From a virus (taxonomy: Duplodnaviria > Caudoviricetes): 64,000 nucleotides of DNA. Under the pieces are notes generated by a model that ran no database searches, was not told the origin of the DNA, and saw only the letters and a list, made by a program, of their open reading frames with translations. The position numbers and the translations under genes were made by a program. Location: IMG/VR virus record IMGVR_UViG_2509276064_000002, positions 9,471 to 73,470 of that record. The stretch is one strand, 5' to 3'. Positions 8,346 to 19,000 of the stretch are shown here, in pieces. Position 1 is the stretch's first letter, and every line of letters begins with the position of its first letter.

Positions 8346-8989
8346 CAGAGCACCTGCGTGATGAGCGACAGCGTCGCGCCGCTCGTCTGCGTGACCGGTG
8401 TGGTGGGCGTGCCGGAGCGCAGACGGATGTAGTTGATGCCAATGAGATCAGCGACCGGCAGGATGATGCTGCGGCTCGCAGCAGCTTTGATGGTGTAAAC
8501 GCTGCCGTAAGCGTCGTACAGGTCTGCCCAGGTGGCATTGTCCGCGCTGGTCTGGATGGTGATATCCGCAGCCGTCCAGGCCGCTCCCACGATCAAGCGG
8601 AGGGGTGAACGGCCAGCGAGTGCCGCAGACGCGCCGATGCTCTGCCCCGACGTGATGCTCACGTCATAGGACGTGGTGCCCGGGGCAACCCGCTGCATGT
8701 TGAGCGTCCCCTGGAGCGCCGTGAGGATGCTCGCCAGGGTGGTGTTCCCCGTCGTCTGCCGTGCCCCAGTGGCTGGATCAGCATTCCCTGAGTTGACGTT
8801 GAGCGTGCCTTGCAGGGCGGTCAGGATGCTTGCCAAAGTCGTATTCCCCGTTGTCTGCCGCGCGCCGGTGGCAGGGTCTGCGTTGCCGGTGTTGACGTTG
8901 ATGGGGTCGGCATCGCTGGGCAGCGTGACGGGGAAGCTGTTGGCCTTGTTCTTCTGGCCCATGAGTTTCAGGAGTTGTTCGACGAGCAT
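8345..8989 (-). CDS. Tail-fibre-associated protein with 33-aa tandem repeat
   Basis: NVN[TS]GNADPATGARQTTGNTTLASILTALQGTL twice. Confidence 0.7.
   Translation of the reverse strand: MLVEQLLKLMGQKNKANSFPVTLPSDADPINVNTGNADPATGARQTTGNTTLASILTALQGTLNVNSGNADPATGARQTTGNTTLASILTALQGTLNMQRVAPGTTSYDVSITSGQSIGASAALAGRSPLRLIVGAAWTAADITIQTSADNATWADLYDAYGSVYTIKAAASRSIILPVADLIGINYIRLRSGTPTTPVTQTSGATLSLITQVL
8702..8899 (-). repeat. 2 x 99-bp coding tandem repeat
   Basis: 32/33 aa identical, 20 synonymous codon differences by manual alignment. Confidence 0.85.
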
Positions 8990-9052
8990 CTAAGCACCTC
9001 CAAAGGACGCGCCCCAGCCGGTGCGGGGCTGGGGCGGGGAGAAAGGGTGGGG

Positions 9053-10762
9053 TTACTGAGCGCTGACGGCTTTGACCTGACGGGTGCCAGGTCCGATGGT
9101 GGAGACGCCGAACGCGTCAGCGACGACAGTGGCGTCATCCGCGTGGCTGTACGTGGCAGAACTGGGGCGGGTGCCGCTTACGGCGTCCCACATCCGCACC
9201 TCGATCTGTCCCCCAGTGCGCAACACCTCCAGCCACACGTCATCGCTGGGAATGTCCGGGCCGCTTGAACCGATCCAGAACGCGACGTTGGAGCCCTGAA
9301 CAATGCCGCAATCCAGGCGAGCGACGGGGTTGGCCGACGCTTTGTAGAGCCAAGCGCAGATCGCGCGGTTGTCGCTCAGCTGGTGGAAGGCCCGCAACAT
9401 GATTCCGTTGCCCGCCGCCGCGAGGAAGTTGGCCGTGGTGAGCCGCATTGCCACTCGCGTTGTGTCTGCAGGTAGAGCGTGCAACGTCCCCCGCGCCTGC
9501 GAGTCAAACGGCGCGGCCACGTCCAGCCCCGAGGCGGTGATATCCCCGGTGCCTCCGTAGACCGTCCACCCGTCCTGCCCGCTGATGGTGCCAGGCGTGA
9601 GCGTGTTGAACGTGCGGTTGTAGCCCGTGACAGCAGGCGGCGCAGTCCCGTCCGCTCCTGTCGCGTGCATGGCGATGTATTGCCCGATCAGTTGCTGACC
9701 CGCTGCCGTGAAGTGGAGTTGAGCCGCTGTCATCATGCCCGTCGCTCGGAGCCCGTCTGTCAGGTCGTGCCCGAGGTCAATCAGCTCCACCCGGTTGGGG
9801 AACTCCCGCGCCAGTTGCGCCACTACGTCCCGCGCCACCTGCCGGACCTGCTCCATCGTGTACCCGGCGCTGTTCCGCGTCCCCTCAGCGATATCTCCAC
9901 GCCAGGGGGGCGTGACGCGGTGCAGGAAGCACGGTCCCCTGTTCAGGATTCCCCGCCCGCTGACCAGGGACGCTCCGTAGACGGTCCCTGGGTTCGTGGT
10001 GCCCGGCGTGCCGAGCGGCAACGCTGCCGTGTAGTCGTTGGTGCCAGCAAATTCCACCACGTGCCCGTCGTAGTCGGCGGGAACTGCGGTCGCGTAACGG
10101 TTTACCACCGGATTGCTGCTGTTCGTGCCGTTGGCGAGCGTGCTGCCGTTCATGCCCGCATTCGTGAGCAGCGTCCAGTTGCGCGCCGCAGCCAAGTGGA
10201 CCGGCCACGCGGCCGATGGACCGCCCGCCTCATCCCCATAGGTCAGGCTGTCCCAGCCCGCGATGAGGGTGGGCGCGAAACTCAGTTCGTCTCCACCTCC
10301 GCTCGTCGCAGGAAGCTGGGCTGCAGGCACCTTGCCGTCTGCGCCCAGGGTGGGCACGCCGAGGGGTTGTCCCATCTCCGAGCGCTTGATCTGGGCATCG
10401 TTCGTGACGCTCCCCAGGCCCACGTCCGCCTTGCTCAGGGTCACGTCCCCCGTGCGCGTGTTCACGCTCGTGACGCTTGCCGTCCCGCCCCCTGCCGGGA
10501 TGTTGTCCAGGTCTGGGTAGTTCCCGCTGAACTCCTGATTCGGGAGTGCGCCGTTCAAGCTGGTGGTGCCGCCTGCTGCGGTGGGAGTGAAGGTGAGCAC
10601 GTCTCCGCTGGAGAGCGTGGCCCCTCCGGTCAGCGCATTGCCCCCTCGGGTCACGGTGCCGCCCTCAACGCTGGTCACGGTCAGGCCGTCCAGGGAGGCG
10701 GGGAGGGTGTAGGTCAGCACTCCCACGGCGCTGATCGTTTCTGGCCTCGGGTCTGTTTTCAT
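9053..10762 (-). CDS. Tail fibre/spike with SGNH/GDSL esterase-like domain
   Basis: KADVGLG...LGADGKVPAAQLP fibre motif; GWDSL, GMNG, GTND, LHF blocks; ATG 10762 overlaps upstream stop. Confidence 0.75.
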   Translation of the reverse strand: MKTDPRPETISAVGVLTYTLPASLDGLTVTSVEGGTVTRGGNALTGGATLSSGDVLTFTPTAAGGTTSLNGALPNQEFSGNYPDLDNIPAGGGTASVTSVNTRTGDVTLSKADVGLGSVTNDAQIKRSEMGQPLGVPTLGADGKVPAAQLPATSGGGDELSFAPTLIAGWDSLTYGDEAGGPSAAWPVHLAAARNWTLLTNAGMNGSTLANGTNSSNPVVNRYATAVPADYDGHVVEFAGTNDYTAALPLGTPGTTNPGTVYGASLVSGRGILNRGPCFLHRVTPPWRGDIAEGTRNSAGYTMEQVRQVARDVVAQLAREFPNRVELIDLGHDLTDGLRATGMMTAAQLHFTAAGQQLIGQYIAMHATGADGTAPPAVTGYNRTFNTLTPGTISGQDGWTVYGGTGDITASGLDVAAPFDSQARGTLHALPADTTRVAMRLTTANFLAAAGNGIMLRAFHQLSDNRAICAWLYKASANPVARLDCGIVQGSNVAFWIGSSGPDIPSDDVWLEVLRTGGQIEVRMWDAVSGTRPSSATYSHADDATVVADAFGVSTIGPGTRQVKAVSAQ

Positions 10763-11208
10763 AGTCCTCCAGGGGGCAGGTTGCCGCCCGTACCGCCACG
10801 CCCGAGCAGGCAACGGGAGAGCGGCGCGTCGATGTTGAGCGTGATGGTCAGATCAGGGGTGAGGAGCGTGCCCAGGGGCAGCACGAACGGTTGCCAGCCA
10901 CGCACCTGCGGGTTGTGCCCGAGAGGGTGGAGAGGTCCATAAGTGGCGTCCACGGGCACGTCCTTGCCCCGCTTGGCCCTCAGGAGCAGGACCGCCCAGC
11001 CGCCCCCAGGGAAGGAACCAGCGAAAGTAACAGTCAGCAAGCCGCGGACGCTTTTGCTGTCATCCAGCTCCTCAGCCCACTTGGTAGGCGGGTAGAGGGT
11101 GCGTTTTCGGAGGGCAGCCAGGGCGCTGGGCGAGGGTGTACCGTCCTTGAGGACCGCGCTGGGCAGGAGGAAAGGGGCCTGGCCGCGCCGCAGCGCTTCA
11201 TCTCTCAC
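10759..11208 (-). CDS. Hypothetical tail protein
   Basis: GTGA and ATGA overlaps at both ends (start re-assigned from the ORF track). Confidence 0.6.
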   Translation of the reverse strand: MRDEALRRGQAPFLLPSAVLKDGTPSPSALAALRKRTLYPPTKWAEELDDSKSVRGLLTVTFAGSFPGGGWAVLLLRAKRGKDVPVDATYGPLHPLGHNPQVRGWQPFVLPLGTLLTPDLTITLNIDAPLSRCLLGRGGTGGNLPPGGL

Positions 11209-12812
11209 GACTGACCTCCATCGCCGCCCACACCGGCGGTGAACACGTCCGCCAGCGTCAGGCCGAGTGGCGCGACTGGGGCGGTGCTTGGCATGGTCTT
11301 GGGCCGCTTCCCAGGGCGAGCAGGCCAGTACCAGTGGGCGGGTGGAGGCGTGCCTGTGCTGGGCCGCTTGCCCTTGATGCTGTCCCGCCAGGGATCGTGC
11401 AGTGTCACGGCCCGCACCTCCTGTTGAAGCGTTGCCCCTACGCCGGTTTGACACAGCGCAAAGGCCCAGTGGGGCCATGTATGCGACAGCAGGCCGAGCC
11501 CCAGGAACCGCTTGAACGCGCCCTCTGGACACCGAAGTACCTCACGCTCGAACACCTCACGGTCCAGAACGTCAACCATTCCGTTGTCCTTCACGCGGCT
11601 GATATTGCCCTCGTCTTCGTGCAGCACCCACGCCTCAGCCTGCCCGGTGCTGTCCATGGGACCGCACATCGCGCCCCAGCTCCCCAACGAGAAGGTGTGC
11701 CCGTAAGCGCTCAGGGCTGCCCCGGTTTCCAGCACGTCATGGTCCATCGTCGGCGGGCCGGTCACGGTGACGCTTCCGTCCTCCGATTTCCAGCGCGGTG
11801 ACGGCAGGGGTGGAGGTGCGGGCTCAGACGGCCATGTCTGCGCGGCCAAGTGATCGGACTCGAAGCGCACCGTCCAACTCACGGGGTTGGGATCCGGGGG
11901 AACTGGCGTGCCGTTGAGGGCCCACTCTTCCCGCGTTGCCGCCGCGAGGTTGCTGCTGACGTTCTGCCAGATTTCGTCCCCGCCCTCAACCACGGGTGCC
12001 AGGAATTGCACCTGCCACTCCCGTTGCCAGAGCGTCGAGGAGTTGCTTGGGTCGTCACCCGGCCAAAGGACGCCCCAGCGGTCAATGAGGCGGTAACTGA
12101 GGATCACCGCCCCCCCTGTCTGCAGGCGGAAGGTCGTGACCAGCCCGGAGGTGGTCATGGTCACAGGGGCGTCGATACCATCTGTCCCGTCGTATCTCCA
12201 AGTGGTCAGGAAATAGGGCCTGGACGCGATGCCTGCATCCAGAGAGGCGAGGGTGTGAAACAGGAACCGGGTATCGTCCGGGTTCCAACCTGTCGGGGCC
12301 TGATTGCTTGGCACGCCGTGCAGCTGCGCTTCGGCCTGACGCGTGGTCGTTCCGCCCTGCCAGAACCTCGCCCGGCGCGCCGCATGGTCAACAACGAAGG
12401 GCGCGGTGAAGATGCGCTGATCGCCGCTGTCGAGGGTCATCACGGGATCAGCCCGCACACCGCCTCCTGAGCCAACGAACACGCCTGCATTCGTGCTGCC
12501 GGGCAGGTGGTCGCCTCCCCATATGCCTGGGCGTTGCGGCGTATCGAAGCTGGCAGGCACCACGAAGACGTCATCCCGACGCGGCAACGTGACCGGGCGT
12601 GAGCTCGTCTTGATCCCCACGATGCTGCCCTCGCCGTCCACCGTGACCGTCTCCCCAGGGCGAATAGGAGCGCCAAGCGGGTGAGGATGCCGTCCGCTTG
12701 GCGTGATCACGTACTCCGCGGTGGCGAACAACACCTCCTCCCGGTGGAAAGCATGTGGCAGAGGCGGTGGGCAGTTGCACTCGTGACAGCCCAGGCAGTC
12801 ATCAAGACACAA
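11205..12812 (-). CDS. Hypothetical minor tail protein with Cys-rich N-terminus
   Basis: 535-aa ORF coupled to neighbours in the tail module. Confidence 0.7.
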   Translation of the reverse strand: MCLDDCLGCHECNCPPPLPHAFHREEVLFATAEYVITPSGRHPHPLGAPIRPGETVTVDGEGSIVGIKTSSRPVTLPRRDDVFVVPASFDTPQRPGIWGGDHLPGSTNAGVFVGSGGGVRADPVMTLDSGDQRIFTAPFVVDHAARRARFWQGGTTTRQAEAQLHGVPSNQAPTGWNPDDTRFLFHTLASLDAGIASRPYFLTTWRYDGTDGIDAPVTMTTSGLVTTFRLQTGGAVILSYRLIDRWGVLWPGDDPSNSSTLWQREWQVQFLAPVVEGGDEIWQNVSSNLAAATREEWALNGTPVPPDPNPVSWTVRFESDHLAAQTWPSEPAPPPLPSPRWKSEDGSVTVTGPPTMDHDVLETGAALSAYGHTFSLGSWGAMCGPMDSTGQAEAWVLHEDEGNISRVKDNGMVDVLDREVFEREVLRCPEGAFKRFLGLGLLSHTWPHWAFALCQTGVGATLQQEVRAVTLHDPWRDSIKGKRPSTGTPPPAHWYWPARPGKRPKTMPSTAPVAPLGLTLADVFTAGVGGDGGQS

Positions 12813-12999
12813 CGGTCCACGCCCCTGACGCCTGCAACAGGTTCACCCGAGCCTGCGGATACGCCCGGCCACTCGGGTCCAGTGCCCGCACTGGTCCCAC
12901 CCCATCCACGTTCACGAGCAGACCGCCTCCAGCAAGGCGGGAACTGACCGTGCCGCGCCGGATGGGACTCGGCGCGGGCTTCTGGTCTTCACAACACAT
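12802..12999 (-). CDS. Small hypothetical tail protein
   Basis: SD ggaggcg; abuts both neighbours. Confidence 0.55.
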   Translation of the reverse strand: MCCEDQKPAPSPIRRGTVSSRLAGGGLLVNVDGVGPVRALDPSGRAYPQARVNLLQASGAWTVVS

Positions 13000-13000
13000 C

Positions 13001-15175
13001 TCACGCCTCCTTCGGCAGCTTCTCTTCCAGCTTCACCGTGCAGGACACGGCCCCAGGCTCCCCAGTCGCGCTGAACTCCCAATCCCCTCCGGCCTCGGGG
13101 ATCTTCAGGGGCACCAGCGCCGTGTAGCTGAGTTCTTTCCTGGCCAGCTTCGCGCCGTACAGGTACTCGAAGGCCAGGGGTGGCACCGTCTCGCACCAGG
13201 GCAGGTCCACCTCCACCTCGTCACCCCGGCCGCCCGTGTAAACCCGTCCGCCTTCCAGACGTATGTCGTAGGTGAAGTACGTCGGCTCCTCCTCGTCCTC
13301 CGGGCAATCGTCCCCGTCCTTCTGCGCCCGCTGCGGCCCCTGGTCTGTAATCTCGCTCGTCACCTCGAACACGGGTGCGTCGATGGTGTCCTCAATCTCC
13401 GCCCCGTCCCCGAATTGGGGGATGTACTTGCGGTGGTAGAGAGCTAGCCGGTGCAGCCATTCCCCGCCCCCGAGCGGCAGCCAGGTTTCCACCGCCTCCT
13501 CGTGCTCGTAGATCAAGGTGTCGATAAAGACGTCGCTTGCGCCGTCCCCGTTCAGGTCCGTCTCGGTCTGCTGGGTGCCGCTGAACTTCCGGCTGGTGGT
13601 GGCCGTGCGCTCCGGGTACCCATAGTCGTTCCAGGTGTGCGTGGTCGCCGTGTCCTCGGTCAGAATCACGGCGTCGAAATCGCCATGGTCCAGGAACGGC
13701 ATGTACGTGTAGACCTGCGTGCGGCTCCCCGTCTCGCTGCCAGTCCAGAGGGGGTGGCCGTAGCTGTGGGTGGTGAACTTACGCCCCTGCGTCGCCCACC
13801 GCTCAGTGATCGCCTTGTAGTCGCCCGCTTCATCCGTGACCAAGGCGAAGCCGCCCGACACGGGCACGAGGCCCGCCGTCTCCTCCTGCTCCCGGATGAC
13901 CCGGCCGCCCTTCTTCTCCACCTCCCACTTCCGAATGCTTTGCAAGGTCTTGCCGTCCGCACGGTAGGTGGAGTCCTCACCCTTGAGTACTCCGTCTTTG
14001 ACCGTCTCGAACCACCCGTTCGGATCATCAGCCTTCTTTTTCTCTTCGTCCCCTGGGGGCAAGGGAGGCTTCTCGTACCGAATGGTGGCGAGCTTCGGAG
14101 TGATCCAGCGCGGCAGGTCAAAGCTGCCCCCCACCTGCCCCACAACGTCCTTGAACTCGTGCGCCCCCTCGCTGATGTAACTGACGCTCTCCTGCGTCAA
14201 TTCGCCCAGCGTCACGCCGAGGGCCGGCGCCACGCTGTCCGGCTCCAACAGTGCTTGAGGTGGCCCGATGAAGCACACGCCCCCCCGGAATTTGTGCGTC
14301 CACCCCACGCGCCCCCAGATGTCGTTCATGACCTCCAGCGGCTTTTTTCGAAGGGTGGAGTAGGTGACACCCAGGGTTCCGGTCCGCTCACCGTTGTACG
14401 GGCGATCTGTCTCGGCGTAGAACCGGCACCCCGGGAAGGGCGGCGAGGCCGTCACCACGACTGGGAAGGGCAACTCGGCCAGGCAGTCCTGCACGAGTTG
14501 GTCCACCAGGTACGAGCGTTTGTCGAACTTCAGTTTCTTGCGGTCCTTGCAGGGCAGCTTGTTACGCTCGCGTTCGTCCAGTGCATCCTGCCGGGCCTTC
14601 TCGGCGGCATGCTCAGGATCGGCCCAGTACTGCCGCTCGCGTTCCCAGGGCACCTTCTCGGCGAGAAGTTCCTGGAAGGGCTCATGGTCCGCTTCCGTGG
14701 TGTCCGAGACGGAGAGCTGTGTCTCCCAGCCTTCAGGCGTGTGGGCTTGCGAGGCTTCGGTGACCGTTAGAGGGCCATACGTCGCGGTGATGCCCCCGCC
14801 ACCACCGTTCGCTGTGCTGGTGATGTAGACCTGCGCGTTGGGCGCCCGCACCTGCCCCAGTACCTGCAGGCTGCCGGAAACAGCAGTCGACGTGCTGCGC
14901 GCGCTGACGTTGTACCCCGCGAGGGCGTACTCGGCCACGGCGCTGTGCGTGATCACGTAGGCCCGGTGACCCACCGCTCCAGCAGGAATGGACAGGTCGA
15001 GGGTCTTTACCCGCCCGTACAGGGTCAGGGTGTCTGGCGTGTTGCTCTGCGTGCGCAGGCGCCCCGTGACGGTGAGGCGGTTGGCCTGCACCACCACTGT
15101 GCCCGCCACCTGCAGACTCGGGAGGGTGGGCTGGGGAGTGGGAGTCTGGGGAACCGAGAGAATCAGGATGGTCAG
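13001..15175 (-). CDS. Baseplate-hub-like minor tail protein (start CTG 15175 or GTG 15109)
   Basis: 700+ aa acidic ORF downstream of tape measure; strong SD precedes the in-frame CTG. Confidence 0.65.
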   Translation of the reverse strand: MTILILSVPQTPTPQPTLPSLQVAGTVVVQANRLTVTGRLRTQSNTPDTLTLYGRVKTLDLSIPAGAVGHRAYVITHSAVAEYALAGYNVSARSTSTAVSGSLQVLGQVRAPNAQVYITSTANGGGGGITATYGPLTVTEASQAHTPEGWETQLSVSDTTEADHEPFQELLAEKVPWERERQYWADPEHAAEKARQDALDERERNKLPCKDRKKLKFDKRSYLVDQLVQDCLAELPFPVVVTASPPFPGCRFYAETDRPYNGERTGTLGVTYSTLRKKPLEVMNDIWGRVGWTHKFRGGVCFIGPPQALLEPDSVAPALGVTLGELTQESVSYISEGAHEFKDVVGQVGGSFDLPRWITPKLATIRYEKPPLPPGDEEKKKADDPNGWFETVKDGVLKGEDSTYRADGKTLQSIRKWEVEKKGGRVIREQEETAGLVPVSGGFALVTDEAGDYKAITERWATQGRKFTTHSYGHPLWTGSETGSRTQVYTYMPFLDHGDFDAVILTEDTATTHTWNDYGYPERTATTSRKFSGTQQTETDLNGDGASDVFIDTLIYEHEEAVETWLPLGGGEWLHRLALYHRKYIPQFGDGAEIEDTIDAPVFEVTSEITDQGPQRAQKDGDDCPEDEEEPTYFTYDIRLEGGRVYTGGRGDEVEVDLPWCETVPPLAFEYLYGAKLARKELSYTALVPLKIPEAGGDWEFSATGEPGAVSCTVKLEEKLPKEA

Positions 15176-15189
15176 GCGGGGTCACCTCC

Positions 15190-15591
15190 TCACGAGGGGC
15201 GCTGCTGAATGAGCCACCGGAAGACGAACCCAACCTCGTTCAAGGGGGCGGCCGGGGGCACCGTGGCGATGGATTGCACGATCAAGGTGTGGCCAACCCC
15301 GAAGGGGTCCGTGAAATTAGCGGGTGTATTGCCGGTGAAGTTGTGGCTGGCGATCACGTTGTCGCTGGCGTCGCGGTGTACGGCGGTACCGGAGATCCAG
15401 GCGTAGGCCGGACTGCTGCCGGACGCAGCCACCACGACCTGCACGCCAGTCGGGTAGGCCACGTCTCCGGTGTTCTTCACCAGGAAGTCGGTGGTGCTCA
15501 GGCTGGAAGCGCCAGGCACCACGACCCCAAGTTCCACGAGGGAGACGTGCGTGGTGCCATCCAGCGCGAACGATTCGAGTTTTGCAGGCAA
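15190..15591 (-). CDS. Hypothetical tail protein
   Basis: SD aggaggcg; position in tail module. Confidence 0.65.
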   Translation of the reverse strand: MPAKLESFALDGTTHVSLVELGVVVPGASSLSTTDFLVKNTGDVAYPTGVQVVVAASGSSPAYAWISGTAVHRDASDNVIASHNFTGNTPANFTDPFGVGHTLIVQSIATVPPAAPLNEVGFVFRWLIQQRPS

Positions 15592-15602
15592 GGGAACGCC
15601 TC

Positions 15603-16037
15603 CTAGCTGGGGTATCCGGCAATGGCCAGGTCATAGGTCCAGAGCACGCCGCCGTACTGTTCGAGCCAGTCCCCGTCTGGTCCTTCCAGGCGACCGACGT
15701 ACTCGACGAACTTCGGTTCGTCCTCGAACATGCAGTTCGTCCACGTGCGCGTGACCGAGGGGCGGCTGTAGGTCTCCACCATCCCAAAGCCGCCCACAGG
15801 CCACAGGGCTTCCAAAGCTTCCTTGATGTCGTTTGGAATCACGTAGCCCTCGGGGGACTGCACCCGAAAGATGACCTCGCCTGACGGAGGCGCCATGGTA
15901 CGCACACGCGCGCCGCCGAGGGTGAACTGCGTTTTGCTGGCAACTGGCGTTTCCCGAGCCACGGCGCTGCCTGGTGGGAGCCAGGGGAACGTGTGGCCCG
16001 CGATCTGGAGGTATTCGGTGAGCGCGGGCATCAGCAA
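15603..16037 (-). CDS. Distal-tail-like protein
   Basis: Immediately follows tape measure; ~145 aa (positional inference). Confidence 0.55.
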   Translation of the reverse strand: MLMPALTEYLQIAGHTFPWLPPGSAVARETPVASKTQFTLGGARVRTMAPPSGEVIFRVQSPEGYVIPNDIKEALEALWPVGGFGMVETYSRPSVTRTWTNCMFEDEPKFVEYVGRLEGPDGDWLEQYGGVLWTYDLAIAGYPS

Positions 16038-19000
16038 TCTCCTGTTCTGCGCTTGCGAGTTCTAGCGACGGACTGAATCTTGTCGTAGAGCTGCTCGGGA
16101 GACTCCCCGGGGGCCGCCACCACGGTGACCGGGCCGATGTTCACCTCGTCGTTGTACGTGACGTTCCTGATGTTGCTCACGCTGTTGATATCCCCGCTGG
16201 GTACACCTGAGTCACGGCGAGGGACCGTGGCACTCAAGACGTCCTGTACGAGAGCCGTCACAGCTTGCTGCACATCGGCAGGTTTTATGGCAGCTCGTGC
16301 GATGGCGTCTTGATTGAAGTAGTACTGCGGGTTGTTTCGCCGGTACCACTCCCGCTTGTACGCCTCCAACGCCTCCGCGGTGTAGAACGTCTGGCCGTCG
16401 AAGGTATAGGTCGTGGGGCCGGGAGTGGGCAAGGAGGGAGCCGCAGGTGTGGGTGAGGGGGAGGCAGGCGGCGTGGCCTGGGCTTCCTGCTGACTCTCGA
16501 TCAACCGTTGCACGCTCTCCCCGAAAGAGGCAGAGAACTGACCGAACTGGTCCACCGTCTTCGAGTTCTGGTCCGCAATGGCGGCCTGCTGCTCGAGCTG
16601 CGTGGCCTCGCGTTCTTGCTGCACGCCCCGGCGTTCGAGTTGCTTGAGCAGGTCCTTGATCGGCAACTCGTTGTCCAGCGACACCGAGATGCCTGCGTCT
16701 TTGAGTAGGGCTTGCTGCTTGCGAATGCGTTCGTCGAGAGGGTTGAAGTCGTTCAAGGCCTTCGTGATCAGCTTGTCGTCGCCGGTCCGCATGGCAGCCT
16801 GCAAGCGCTGGAAGGCCGCGTTCCTCCTCTCCTGGATGGCCTGGAAGCGGTCAATTTCCAGGTTCGTATCGATCTTGGGTTTCTGACCCTCGGGAGTAGG
16901 CTGGACGCTGTTGGCGAGGCGTTGAGTGGCCTCCTGCACGCCAGTGATCAGCCCGAGCTGCTCGCGATAGGCCGAGGAAAGCCCCTCGACAGCCTTCCGA
17001 GAGCCGCTGATCGCGCTGGTGTAGCCGTCCTGGGCCGCCTTGAGGGCGTCGATCCGCTTGGGGTCCATCGGGTTTGCCAGGAGGTCAGCCTGAGCTTCCT
17101 GCAAGGTGCGCTGTGCTCGGGCGCGGATGGTGGTGGCCTCCTCCAACCTACGGGTGGCCTCAGTGACCGGATTGTCGCTTGGAGTTGCACTTTCGAGGCG
17201 GAGATTACGGGTGCTGTCAGAGAGAGACTCCAATACCCGCACACGCTCCCGCTCTGCGAGCAGGAGAGAGCGTTCCTGAGTCACCTGCCGGGCCTGCGTT
17301 TGTTCAATACGAAGTTCGAGGTCCTCGCGCTCGCGCAGGGTCAGGTGTAACTCGTCGGCCCGTTTCAGCCGGTCCTGATCCAGCCCCAATTGTCGGGTGG
17401 TGACATCCAGTTCAAGTTGGGCCGAAAGCACCGCATCGTCAGCGAGACCGGCAAGCTCCAACTCTGCCTTCCGACGGGCGCCGATCATGTCCACAGAACG
17501 TTGGGCAGCCTCCACATAGGCAGAGCCGAGCTTTCGCACCCCGTCTTCTTCCTGCTGGAGCAGACCCGAAATCCGATCAGCTGCTGCACGCTGCCGCTCG
17601 ACTGTGCTCGCTGTGCGTTCCACCTCCCGCTCAAATGCCAGTTGCTGCTGGGTGTCCAGCAACTCCAGCCGCGCGATGGCCACAGGATCGTCAGCAAGGC
17701 GCGAGCGAGTCAGCGCAAGCCTCCTGGCCTGCACCTCCCGCTGCTGGTCTTTCCTGAAGCTCTCCTGCTGCGCGTCGACGATCTTGCGGTAACCCTCTAC
17801 CTCGCTGGTTTGGAGATCCACGATCTGGCGCTCGGTCTCCACCCGTTGCTGAGGCGTGAGCGTGGAGTCAAGCAGGTTGCGCCTGGCCTGGACCAGTTGC
17901 CGTTGAATCCCCTCCAGCTCAGCGCGTGCACCGCTGACCGCATCGTCCTGCCCCGCCCGAGCTCGACTCAACCGGTCTTGCGCGTCCACCAGTTGACGCG
18001 CTTGGTCTGCCTGCCCGCGCAGGGCTGCTCCCACCGCCCGAACCTTGGCCACCTCGTCGGTCTCAAGCTGAACGAGACGCTCCTGGTCCTGCAGACGTTG
18101 CTCGGCGGTCCGTCCCAGTCGCTCGCCATTCGCCACCAGATCACGCTGGGCAACCAATTGGCGTTCCAACGCTTCGAGGTCTTGGCGGGCGGTGGTCACC
18201 CCATCGTCTTGTCCTGCCAGGAGCGTGGCGAGTTTGACCTCGCTGTCAAGGATGGAGCGTTGACGAGCTGCCTGATCGAGTTCAGCCTGAGCAACAGCAC
18301 GGCGCTGCTGCACCTCAGTCGCCAGGAGCCCATTGAGCTTCTCCTGGGCTTTAACCCGCTCCTCAGGAGAGAGAGCGGCGTCCCCAGAGGCTGCAAGCCT
18401 CTGCTGCTGAAGGCTGATCTCGTCCCGCGTGGCTTGCAACTGACGCTGGGCACTCAGGACGGCGTTGTCGTCCAGGCCGGCGAGGGTGTCGCGGAGCTTG
18501 ACTTGGCTTTCCAACAGGGAAAGTTGCTCGGCCGCAAGCTCAAGCGGCGCACGGGCGAGGGCCCGACGTTGCTCGATTTCGGTGGTGAGCAGCCCATTCA
18601 GCTCGGTCTGAGCTTTGGTACGGGCGTCCCCCACCAGCTGACCGTCACCTTCAACCGCGAGACGTTGCCGGAGGAGGGCGATGCTCTGCTGGGTGGCGCT
18701 CAGATTGCGGGCCGCCACCACCACCGCGTTGTCGCCCACTCGTGCAAGGGCGTCCGCCAGTTTGACCTGGCTTTGCAGTAGGTCATCCTGCGCTGCCCGC
18801 TGGGCAAACTGCGCCTCGACAATCGCGTCGCGTTCTTGCTGCTCTTGACCGAGCAGCTCGTTCAGCTTCACCTGCGCCTGACGCCGTTCCTCGTCGGAGA
18901 GCGCCCCCTCTCCCTCCTTATTGATCCGGGCCTGCAGGCTCTTGATGCTGTCCCGAGTCACTTCCAGGTTGCGCTGCGCACTGAGCAGTGCATCCCCGGC

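Noticed and set aside
9479-10942. 487-aa plus-strand ORF opposite the SGNH tail gene
   Set aside because: Arg/Gly-rich shadow ORF without motifs
7158-12812. Diversity-generating retroelement or invertible tail-fibre switch
   Set aside because: No reverse transcriptase, template/variable repeat pair, invertase or flanking inverted repeats seen
14733-15233. 166-aa minus ORF overlapping the hub-like gene start
   Set aside because: Low-complexity alternative frame; the SD is better explained by the CTG start of the long ORF
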